Assembly: GCA_030390025.1 (NCBI GenBank)
Contig: CM059441.1
Coordinates: 63,798,001-63,862,000, forward strand
From: Squalus acanthias
Lineage: Eukaryota
DNA length: 64,000 bases
Direction: 5' to 3'
Below are positions 35,620 through 46,335 of the stretch, piece by piece. The first letter of the stretch is position 1. Every line of letters begins with the position of its first letter. The translations under genes and the position numbers were made by a program. The notes beneath the pieces were generated by a model. It saw nothing but the letters and a program-made list of their open reading frames with translations. It did not search any database and was not told the origin of the DNA.

Positions 35620-36036
35620 ATTGAGAGAAGCACTATATGGAACATTTCAATCTTTCTCCGCTTGCTACCAGGTACAATTTACTTTCTGAGCTGAATTCAG
35701 GAAATTGGATTCATTCTAGCCCTTGGATTGAGAGAGCAGCCACTTAATGAAAGGGAACAGATTTGGCCTTCAATCATAGAGTGAGCAGATATAGAATCAT
35801 AGAATCATACAGCACAGAAGGAGGGCATGCGGCCCATCGTACCTTTTGAAAGTTACCATTGAATCTGCTTCCACTTTTTGTTCTTTCAGTCTTGGGTGGA
35901 GATCTGGAGCAGATGAATTGCTCCTTGAGGTTCAACAATCTCAGACCGGACGACAGTGACGTGTATTACTGCTATGTGGATTTCCAGGGCTTCAAGGATC
36001 ATACTTTCACAGACCCGTCTAGCTGCAGGTTGCCCG
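35620..36036 (+). pseudogene. Pseudogene paralog of Siglec-like gene A: leader exon (~35620-35671) and 3' half of the V exon (~35890-36036)
   Basis: ATG>ATT at the start; GDLEQMNCSLRFNNLRPDDSDVYYCYVDFQGFKDHTFT is close to gene A; 1-nt deletion and CAG>TAG before the gtaagt donor; flanking intron DNA is homologous to 7670-7830 and 1130-1310 in inverted orientation. Confidence 0.88.
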
Positions 36037-36224
36037 TAAGTCGCAGTTTCTTTTATCTCGGTTGTTCGGTCACTTTGCTGGAACAGGTTGTAGGATGTCA
36101 ACGAGGGGAATGCAAAAAATGTTTCCAAAACATTGCCCTCGGCAACTGCATCAGGAGCAGTCCTTCCCTTTTTGAGACACTCTACGGTCAAGATTGACCA
36201 GAAGATGAGATAATCATACGGAGG

Positions 36225-37563
36225 TTAATGGGCTTTATAAATAGAGGCACAGAGTACAAAAGCAAGGAGGACATCCTAAACCCTTTGTATATCACTGGTT
36301 AGGCCCCAGCTGGAATACTGTGTCCAATTCTGCTCACCACACACTTTAGGAACGATGCCAAGGCCAAAGAGAGGGGCAGAGATTATTTACCAGAATGGTT
36401 CCAGGGAAGAGGGACTTCAGTTATGTGGCGAGACTTAGAGAGACTGGGATTGTTCTTAGAGCAGAGAAGTTTAAGGGGAGATTTAATAGAGGTGTTCAAA
36501 ATGATGAAGGATTTTGATAGAGTAAATAAGGAGAAATTGTTTCCACTGGCATAGGCTCGGTCGGTAACCAGAGGACACAGCTTTAAGGTGATTGGCAAAG
36601 GAACCAGGAGGAGAATTATTTTCCTGTGGGGAGTTGTTGTGATCTGGAATGCTCTGCCTGAAAGGGTGGTGGAAGCAGATTCAATAGTAATCTACCTTGG
36701 GTTCATACTTTTTTTAACTCATTCTCGGGATGTGGGCATCGCTGGCAAGGCTGAGGGAGCGCTACATTGTCGGAGGGGCAGTACTGAGCGCTGCACTGTC
36801 GGAGGGGCAGTACTGAGGGAGTGCAGCACTGTCGGAGGGGCAGAACTGAGGGAACGCTGCACGGTCGGAGGGGCAGTACATGGGAGCGCTACATTGTCGG
36901 ACGGGCAGAACTGAGGGAGTGCTGCACTGTCGGAGGGGCAGTACTGAGGTGTTGCCTTTCAGATGAGACATTAAATCCAAGGCCCCGTCTGCCCTCTCAG
37001 GTCGATGTAAAAGATCCCATGGCCACTATTTAGAAGAAGAGCAGGGGGGACTTCTCACTTGTGTCCTGGGGCAAATATTTATCCCCCAACCAGCTTTACT
37101 CACAAGGCTCTGGAGTAGGGACGTGAACCCACAACCTTGTGCCTCAGAGGCAAGAGAGAGAGAGTGCGAAACCCACTGAACCCTGGTGGAAATTCCATGT
37201 CAACTTCTGACAGGGCTAGACAGACTGGATGCAGGGAGGATGTTTCCCCTGGCTGGGGCGTCCAGAACGAGGGGTCACAGTCTCAGGGTATGGGGTAGGA
37301 CATGTAGGACTGAGATGAGGAGACATTTCTTCACTCAGAGGGTAGTGAACCTGTGGAATTCTCTACCACAGAAGGCTGTGGAGGCCAAATCACTGAATAT
37401 ATTTAAGAAGGAGATAGATAGATTTCTAGACACGAAAGGCATCAAGGGGTATGGGGAGAGAGCGGGAATATGGTATTGAGATAGAGGATCAGCCATGATC
37501 ATATTGAATGGCGGAGCAGGCTCGAATGGCCTACTCCTGCTCCTATTTTTCTATGTTTCTATG
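36225..37563 (+). mobile_element. CR1 fragments (~36225-36690, ~37205-37563) and a Deu-SINE with a short 33-bp array (~36750-37095)
   Basis: CR1 3' motifs (ORF 37186..37479) and SINE core. Confidence 0.8.
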
Positions 37564-37584
37564 CCCAGCTTTGAGCAGAAATAT

Positions 37585-37990
37585 TGTCAGTGTCAGGACA
37601 TAAAAGGGGAACAGTTTTCTTATAGCGCAAGACAAAGTGATGTTATCTCACTTGTTTTGCACTTCCTTATTTGACTCACAGTGAAACAATGATACTTTCT
37701 AATTTAAGACACAGAGCAGCACAGGAAGAAATCATACAGCCCGTATTGGCAATTACTCTCCAGGCAATCAGTCGGACAGGCCCTGGCTAAGTAAGGCAAT
37801 GATTGTAATTAACTTCCATGACCAACGCCATCCTTTGTTGGTGTTCTGACTTTATAAAGACAGATTCCAATGATTGATGCCTTCTCAAGATTTCTACTTA
37901 TTGCTGAGATCTGGGTTTAGGGCTCAAGTCTGCCGTACAGGACATCTTTCTAGTTATATAGAGACGAGAGAAGTCCAGGGACTTGAGCCA
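37585..37990 (+). promoter_or_regulatory. Candidate promoter / non-coding first exon of gene B (duplicated at 60095-60510)
   Basis: CACTTCCT (ETS) beside TGACTCA (AP-1) at ~37660-37678, CAGGAAG, possible donor gtaagg at 37791; lies ~1 kb upstream of a leader exon that begins with an acceptor. Confidence 0.45.
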
Positions 37991-38009
37991 GGGATATATC
38001 GCCAATTTA

Positions 38010-38600
38010 TGAGCCAGTAATCCAGGCCGACACTCCCAGTGCAAGTACTGAGGGAGCGCTCCACTACACTGTCAGAGGGGCAGTACTGAGGGAGCGCTGC
38101 ACTGTCGGAGGGGTAGTACTGAGGGAGCGCTGCACTGTCGGAGGGGCAGTACTGAGGGAGCGCCGCACTGTCGAGGGGCAGTACTGAGGGAGCGCTGCAC
38201 TGTCGGAGGGGCAGTACTGAGGGAGCGCTGCACTGTCGGAGGGGCAGTACGGAGTTGCCGTCTGTTGGATGTTGGAGGTGCCGTCTTTTGGATGAGACGT
38301 AAAACCGAGGCACTGTCAGCCCTCTCAGGTGGATGTAAAAGATCCCACAGCACTATTTGGAAGAGGAGCAGGGAATTTCTCCCTGGTGTACCGGCCAGTA
38401 TTTGTTCCTCAACCAACATCAAAAATAGATTGTCTGGCCATTTATCACACAGCTGTTTGTGGGACTTTGCTGTACGCAATTTGACTTCCACATTTCCTAC
38501 ATGTGACAGTGACTAAACTTCAAAAGTGCTTCATTGGCTGTAAAACACTTTGGGACGTCCTGAGTTCATGAAAGGCATTATAGAAATGCAAGCATTTCTT
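38010..38600 (+). mobile_element. Deu-domain SINE with ~6 copies of the 33-bp unit
   Basis: SINE core and tail. Confidence 0.85.
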
Positions 38601-38798
38601 TGTTTTTCTTTCTTCAAGCTTTGTAACTCACTGCAGAGCAACTATCATCTGACAAAGAATCAAATTAGTCTGTGAAGACATTGTCTAAAAGCCGTTTCAA
38701 TCTCCCGAGAACTGTTGGGCGAGAGTTGAGATCTCATTAACTCCTTTCTGTTTCAGACCTAGAGAGTGAGAAGTTGATGAAACATCTGGGCGCGGACA

Positions 38799-38838
38799 AT
38801 GGTCAGGAAATCTTACTTCATCCTGTCAATTCTCCAAG
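38799..38838 (+). CDS. Gene B signal-peptide exon, coding part (MVRKSYFILSILQ-); the exon starts at 38757
   Basis: Acceptor ctttctgtttcag, acaATGG start, phase-1 donor ag|gtaata, in frame with the V exon at 52727. Confidence 0.75.
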
Positions 38839-39629
38839 GTAATATCACCGTCAGCTCGGAGATATTTATCTATAATAATCTTTGCAAAATATCATTCTTA
38901 TTGAGCTATGATTGGGGACCAAATTCAGCAGAGACCCAGTGTATTAACTCGCACCAAGTCCCGTTCACCCATCACCTTTGTGCTCGCTGACCTACATTGA
39001 CTCCCGGTCCGGTAGCACCTCAAATTTAAAATTCTCACCCCTGTGTTTAAAGCCTTCCATGGCCTCGACATCCCTCACCCCCTCCCATATCTCTGTAACC
39101 TCCTCCAGCCCTACAACCCAACGTTCCACCAATTCTAGTCTCTTGTGCCTTCCCGATTTCATCGCTCCACCAATGGCAGCCGTGCCTTCGCCATCTAGTC
39201 CCTAAGCTCTGGAACTCCCTTCCTAACGCTTGGGGTTGGAAAAGAGGCCAGAATTAGTAGAGCACAGAGATCCCAATTTTAGTGAGAAGTCACCATAACC
39301 ACAACACAGCAGCACTTAGAACAGACAAACATCTACTGGCGCTAACGGGAGGAGCTAAGGGAAAGAATTTTTTCACCAATGAATCATAGAAGTTTACAGC
39401 CGAGAAGCAGACCATTCAGCCGATCGTGCCTGTGCCGGCTCTTTGAAAGTGCTGTCGAATTAGTCCCAAACCCCACTCTTTCCCCACAGCACTGCAAATA
39501 TAATGCAGATCACAACAAGTCGCTGTGTGAAATAAAATTTAGGCTGACTGCTCAGTGATGATTAGGCTCCAAGACAAGGCGAGTTGTTCAGATCTGGAAA
39601 GCACTGCATGAAAGGGTAGTGGAAGCAGA

Positions 39630-42600
39630 TTCATAAGAACATAAGAACATTAGAAATAGGAGCAGGAGTCGGCCATTTGGCCCTTCTAGCCTGCTCCGCC
39701 ATTCAACAAGATCATGGCTGATCTTCTACCTCAAGTCCACCTTCCCGCACTAACCCCATATCCCTTAGTTCCCAAAAAATTATCGACCTCTGTCTTGAAT
39801 ATACTCAACGACTGAGCATCCACAGCTCTCTGCAGTAGAGAATTCCAAAGATTCACAACCCTTTGAGTGCAGAAATGTCTCCTCATCTCAGTCCTAAATG
39901 ACCGACCCCTTATTCTGAGACTGTGACCCCGTGTTCTAGATTCCCCAGCCAGGGGAAACATTTTCCCAGCATTAACTCTGTCAAGTCCCTTAAGAATTGT
40001 ATATGTTTCAATTAGATCACCTCTCATTCTCCTAAACTCTAGGGAATATATGCCTAGTCTCTCCTCATAGGGCAATCCCCTCAACCCAGGAACCAGTCTA
40101 GTGAACCTTCATTGCACTCCCTCTAAGGGAAGTATATCTTTCCTTAGGTAAGGAGACCAGAACTGTACAAAGTACTCCAGGCGTGGCCTCACCAATGCCC
40201 TGTATAATTGTAGTAAGACTTCTTTATTCTTATACTCTAATCCATTTGTAACAGAAGCTATCATACCATTCGCTTTCTTAATTGCTTGCTGTACCTGCAT
40301 GTTAACTTTCTGTGATTCATGTACAAGGACACCCAGGTCCCTCTGAATGCAAACATTTCCCAGACTCTCATCATTCAAAAAATATTCTGCTTTTTTGTTT
40401 TTCCTACCAAAGTGGATAACTTCACACTTCCCCACGTTATATTCCATTTGCCATGTTCTTGCCCACTCGGTCAACCTGTCTATATCTCTCAGCAGCTTCT
40501 TTGCATCCTTCTCACAGATTACTTTCCCACCTAACATTGTATCATCAGCCAACCTCGGTATGTGGGGATATCCCTTCATCTAAGTCATTAATATAGATTG
40601 TAAATAGCAGAGGCCTAAGCACTGATCCTTGCGGTACAGCCTGCCAAGCCGAAGAAGTCCCGTTTATTCAGACTCTCTGTTTTATGTCCATTAACCAATC
40701 CTCAATCCATGCTAATATATTACCCCCAATCCCAAGAGTCCTAATTTTGTGTAATAACCTCTTGTGTGGCACCTTATCGAATGCTTTTTGAAAATCCAAA
40801 TACATTACATCCCCTGGTTCCCCCTTATCTATCCTACTCGTTACATCTTCAAAAAACTCTTAACAGATTTGTTAAACACGATTTCCCTTTCATAAAACCA
40901 TGTTGACTCTGCCTAATTATATTCCGATTTTCTAAATGCCATGTTACCACGTCCCTAATAATAGATTCTAGCATTTTGCCTGCTACTGATGTCAGGCTAA
41001 TTGGCCTGTAGTTTCCCATTTTTTCTCTTCCTCCTTTCTTAAATAGCGGGGTTATGTTTGCTACCTTCCAATCCTTGGAGACTGTTCTAGAATCTAGGGA
41101 ATTCTGGAAGATTAATACCAATGCATCCATTATCTCTGCAGCTACCTCTTTTAAGACCCAAGGATGCAGGTCGTCATGTCCAGGGGATATGTCGCCACTT
41201 AGTCCCATTACTTATACTGATTTCTTTAAGTTCCTCATTCTCTCTAGACCCTTGGTTCCCCATTATTTCCAGAATGTTTCTTGTGTCTTCTACCGTGAAG
41301 ACAGATATAAAGTATTTGTTTAATATCTCTGCCATTTCCTTATTGCCCATTATAATTTCTCCTGTCTCTGCCTCTAATGGGCCTACATTTACTTTCACTA
41401 ATCTCTTCTTATTTACATACCTATAGAAATGTTTACAATCTGTTTTTAAATCTGCTAATTTACTCTCATATTCTTTTTCTCTTTCCTTATCAATTTCTTG
41501 GTCCTCCTTTGCTGAATTCTAAAATCCTCCCAATCCTCAGGCTTACTACTCTTTTTGGCAACATTATAAGCCTCTTCCTTTGATCTAATACTATCTTTAA
41601 CTTTTCTTGTTAGCCACGGTTGGACCACTGTTCCTGTGGGTTTTACTGTGCCTTACAGGAAGGTATTTTTATTGTCAATTATGTATTAATTCTTTAAATG
41701 CTAGCCATTGCTTGTCTACCGTTATACATTTTAATGTAGTTTCCCATTCTACCTTAGCCAACTCGCCCCTCATACCTACATAGTTTGCTTTGTTTAAATT
41801 TAAGACCATAGTTTCGTGGTCTTAAATCACTTTCAAACTCAATATAGAATTCTATCATCTCACCTCCTGACTCCCCAAACCCTTTCCACCATCTACAAGG
41901 CACAAGAAAGGAGTATGATGGAATACTCTCCCCTTGCCTGGATGAGTGCAGCTCCAACAACACTCAAGAAGCTCGACACCATCCAGGACAAAGCAGCCCG
42001 CTTGATTGGCACCCCATCCACCACCTTAAACATTCACTCCCTCCACCACCAGCGTACCGTGGCTGCAGTGTGTACCATCTACAAGATGCACTGCAGCAAC
42101 TCGCCAAGGCTTCTTCGGCAGCACCTCCCAAACCCGCGACCTCTTCCATCTAGAAGGACAAGGGCAGCAGGCACATGGGAACACCACCACCTCCAAGTCA
42201 CACACCATCCTGACTTAGAAGTATATCGCCGATCCTTCATCGTCACTGGGTCAAAATCCTGGAACTCCCTACCTAACAGCACTTTGGGAGTACCATCACC
42301 ACACGGACTGCAGCGGTTCAAGAAGGCGGCTCACCACCACCTTCTCAAGGGCAACTAGGGATGGGCAATAAATGCTGGCATTGCTAGCGATGCCCTGATC
42401 CCATAAACTAATTTTAAAAAATGGTCACTCTTCCCTAAAGACCCCTTTACTTCTATGTTATTAATTTACCCTTTCTCATTGCACAATACTAGATCTAAAA
42501 TAGCCTGTTCCCTAGTTGGTTCCTCAACATACTGATCTAGAAAACTATCTTGTATACATTCCATGAACTCATCCCCTACACTATTACTGCAAATTGGTTT

Positions 42601-42790
42601 GCCCAGTCTATATGTAGATTAAAGTCCCCCATGATTACTGTATTACCCTTGTTACATGCGCCTCTTATGTCATGATTTATACTCTGCCCTACATTACAAC
42701 TACTGTTTGGGGGCCTATAAACAACTCCCACCAATGTTTTCTGCCCTTTGCTGTTCCTTAGCTGCACCCAAACTGATTCTACTTCTTGAT
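39630..42790 (-). mobile_element. Degenerate CR1 LINE (EN+RT) with a nested second LINE fragment
   Basis: ORFs 39731..40084, 40109..40579, 40849..41208, 42576..42767. Confidence 0.92.
41856..42420 (+). mobile_element. 3' end of a different non-LTR retrotransposon (clade uncertain, RTEX/Daphne-like)
   Basis: YKAQERSMMEYSPLAW...LDTIQDKAARLI...HQRTVAA; AATAAA near the end; a related copy lies on - at ~52330-52690. Confidence 0.75.
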
Positions 42791-44559
42791 TCCAGAGTAA
42801 CTTTCAAAACGGAATTGGATAAATACTTGAAGTGGGAAAGTTTGCAGGGCTATGGGAAAGAGTGGTGGAGTGGGACTAATAGGTAGCTCCTTCACAGGCA
42901 CGATGGGTCGAATGGCCTCCTGTGTTGTGAGATTCTATGAATTTAATTCCTTGTCAGCAACTCTTTGGCGACAATTTTCTCAAGGGAGGCATGTTGAGGG
43001 CAGGGGGCCTCCGAGGCGGGCAGGAAACCCGGGAGGCTGGTTTCCCACAGGCCCTGCTGATTTTAACAGCAGGGCCTGATTTGAACGCGCGGCCCCGGAT
43101 TCCCGCCCGCAGCCAGCCAGATTGAGAGGCTGGCTGGCTGCGGGCAGAAAGGCCACAGAAAAGAGGGGCCAGTCCCGGCAAGGAAGGTGGTCGGCAATCA
43201 GCCGGGGTCGGGGATCAGGGGGTGGAGGTGATTGAGGATTGACCGGGGCCGGGGACGGGGGGGTCGGGAGAGGATCGGCAGGGGTCTGGGATCGGTGGGG
43301 GGAGAGTATCGGCAGGGGTTGGGGATTGGGGGGAGAGCATCGGCAGGGGTCGGGGATTGGGCGGGGTGTGTCAGCCAGGGATCGGGGGTGAGGGGTTTCG
43401 GCCAGGGATCGTGGGGGGAGAGAGGATTGTGGCCGGCTTCATCATCAACATTGGGAGGGGGGCCGGGGGTTTGGCGTGGAGGCCTGGGGAGTTGATCAGA
43501 GGCCTCGTGGGGGTTATCCGATCATGGTGGTTGAGTTAGGTAGGGTCCCTGGATCGAGGAGGTAGGTATAAAGCCACTTACCTCCTGGATGCAGCAGTCC
43601 CCGCCTCTGTTTTACTGCCGGGTTTCAAGAATTATGTGAAACCCGTCCACAGGCAGTTAAAGACAAAGTGGAAGGGGAAAAAGAGAGGACATGTTTATTG
43701 GCAACATCAAAAGCTCTGATTGGTCCCTTTGGATGACAAGTCCTGATTGCTGATTGGTCCCTTGGAGGACAAGATACACCCAGCAGTTTCTCTGGAATGT
43801 GTAATTATATCCTCCCTGCCTACGTAATCAATTACTTTGCAAAGTGTAATTCGAGCCATTCTGACTGTATACTCCAGACAGAACCGAGCTCACTTGGAAC
43901 AGACAGGGTTCACCCTCGAGGGTTAAGAGCTTCTCCCACCCGCAAACAAGTTCCTGCCCACCCCCCCACCAAGTTCCTGACATACTCCCCCACCACCCAC
44001 CCCCCCCGCCCATGTTCCTGACCTACTCTGCCCCCGCCCAAGTGCCTGACCTTCCCCCCCCCCCAAAACCCGGCCTAAGTTCCTGACCTCCACCCTCCCA
44101 CCCTGGCTTCCTGACCTCCCCCCCCCCCCCGGGTTCCTGACATTCTCCCCCTGCCCAAGTTCCTTCCCCCCCAAGGATTTATGACCTTCTTCCCCAACAG
44201 GTTTCTGACCTTCTCCCCCCCCCCACCCCCCCTAGATGGGGCATTGTGTGAGGGTCACGGATTGTTAACAGGTTTATTGGGTATGAAGTGAATAGTGACA
44301 GTGTCGTGGCTTCCGGATTTCATCCAGTCCAATGATATCACTTGCCACGAACGCGCCGAGCTGTCTGAGAAATCAACTAGGTGTAGGGGGAGAAGAGGGA
44401 GAACGTGGTGCGGGTATTAAGGGGGTGGGGTTTGAAGAACGTGATCCGTCTTACTATCTTGATCACGTTATCGCTCTCATTCCGCCACCCTTTAGACCTG
44501 GATCACGTTCTTCCCCCATCCCCACTGTGCTCTCCGTGCTCTTTACCCCCACCCTGATT

Positions 44560-45330
44560 TCCTGACTTCTCTCTCTTCCCCCCCTCCGATTCCATCTCTC
44601 TCTCTCTCCGATTCCCTCTCTCTCCCTCTCTCTCCGATTCCCCCCTCTCTGATTCCCTCATTCCAATTCCCTCTCTCGCCACTCTCTCTCCATCTCTCCG
44701 ATTCCCCCTCTCTCTCTGATTTCCTCTCCCTCCGATTCCCTCTCTCTCCCATCCCCTCTCTCTCCCCCATTCCCTCTCTCTCTCAGACTCCCTCTCTCTC
44801 TCCGAATCCCTCCCTCTCCCTCTCTCCTTCCGATTCCCTCCCTCTCTCTCTCTGATTCCGTCTCTCTCCCTCCGATTCCCTCTCACTCTCCCCCTCTCTC
44901 CCCATCCCCCTCCGATTCCCACTCTCTCTCCCCTCTCTGATTCCCTCTCTCTTCCTCTATCTCTGATTTTCTTTCTCTCCCCCTTCGATTCCCTCTCTTC
45001 GATTCCCTCTCCAATTCCATCTCTCTCTCTCCCCATCTCCTCCGATTCCCTCTCTCTCCCCCCTCCCTTCTTTCTCTCCGATTCCCTCTCACTCTCTCCC
45101 CCATCCCCCTCCGATTCTCTCTCTCTCCCCTTTCTCTCTGATTCCCTCTCTCTTCCTCTATCTCTGATTCCCTTTCTCTCCCCCTTCGATTCCCTCTCTC
45201 TCTCCCTCTCTCTCCCCCATCTCCCTCCGGTTCCCTCTCTCTCTCCGATTCCCTTTCTCTCTCCCTCCGATTCTCTCTCTCCCCTTCCCTCCTATTCCCT
45301 CTCTCCCCTTTCGATCCTCTCTTCTCCCCC
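44560..45330. repeat. Polypyrimidine minisatellite (ccgattccctctctct-like units)
   Basis: Direct reading. Confidence 0.9.
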
Positions 45331-45334
45331 CATC

Positions 45335-45500
45335 CAGCACGGATCCAGTGACGGGCCTTGTCCCACGGAGCTGAGGCTTGCGCTGCACTGCAGCCGTAAC
45401 TGTGGGGTACTGCGCACGCGCGGCCTCGGTGACAGCGCGCAGAAGGGGATCGGCTGCGCATGCGCAAAGGAGGGCGTGACCAACCGCACGCATGCGCAGA
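45335..45500. promoter_or_regulatory. CpG-rich patch with clustered NRF1-type motifs
   Basis: TGCGCATGCGCA (~45454-45465), GCATGCGCA (~45490), TGCGCACGCGC (~45411). Confidence 0.45.
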
Positions 45501-45577
45501 AGGACACAAAAATGTTCGTGCAGATAATCACGCTGAAAAAGACGATTCCAGCTACATTACAATATTTAAATTGAGGT

Positions 45578-45790
45578 CTAATACAAAAAAAATACTGCAG
45601 ATGCTCGAAATCTGAAATAAAAACAGAAAATGCTGGAGATACTCAGCAGGTCAGGCAGCATCTGTGAAGAGAGAAACAGAGTTAACGTTTCAGGTCAACC
45701 TTTTTTCATCGACCTGAAACGTTAACTCTGTTTCTCTCTTCACAGATGCTACCTGACCTGTTGAGTATCTCCAGCATTTTCTGTTTTTAT
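45578..45790. mobile_element. Penelope-like palindromic terminal element
   Basis: 82-bp near-perfect inverted arms (45615-45696 / 45711-45792); 13-bp TSD TTTAAATTGAGGT (45565-45577, 45791-45803). Confidence 0.8.
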
Positions 45791-45980
45791 TTTAAATTGA
45801 GGTAACGCCCCCTGGGAGCGGTTTGATCACCACACCGACTGTCCCACCTCGTCCCCCCTCCGGCAGGTTTGGGCGGGTTGGAGGTGGGATCAGGTCGGAA
45901 ATCCCATTTTTAACACTTTAACTGCCCCCACGCTCCAAACTCACCCGTTTTTTTCGGGGATAAAAACCGGCCTTTATCTC

Positions 45981-46335
45981 TCCTGCTGAAATCATGAATA
46001 TTGCAGAAAAACAAGAGTGTTTGGAATCAGCGTACTGAGGTCCAGTTCAGTTTTAACAAATACGCAGTCAGGCCATCTGTAAAAGTCATGAACACAACAC
46101 AGCTGAACCTCCAACACATTCAGAGCTCAGGCTAGAGGAGCTTTGTTACTGTGCTTCCAAGTGTCTGCTGGAGTCGTGCCAGTGCTGAGCCGGTGGACAA
46201 GTCAGTCTACAATACTGTATTGGAATCAACCTACAACAATATAGATTTTGGATCTAAAATAATCCCTTAGACAATGAAGATCCAAAGTGATTCCCTGGAC
46301 AATGAAGACACAAAGTGCGCCAAGTAGACTGAATC
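45981..46335 (+). repeat. ~360-bp diverged direct repeat, copy 1 (copy 2 at 49349-49714)
   Basis: tcctgctgaaatcatgaatattgcag...ccaagtagactgaatc at both sites. Confidence 0.9.

Noticed and set aside
42960-44240. GC-rich and C-rich segments as possible MITEs
   Set aside because: Repeat-like, but I could not define termini or a TSD
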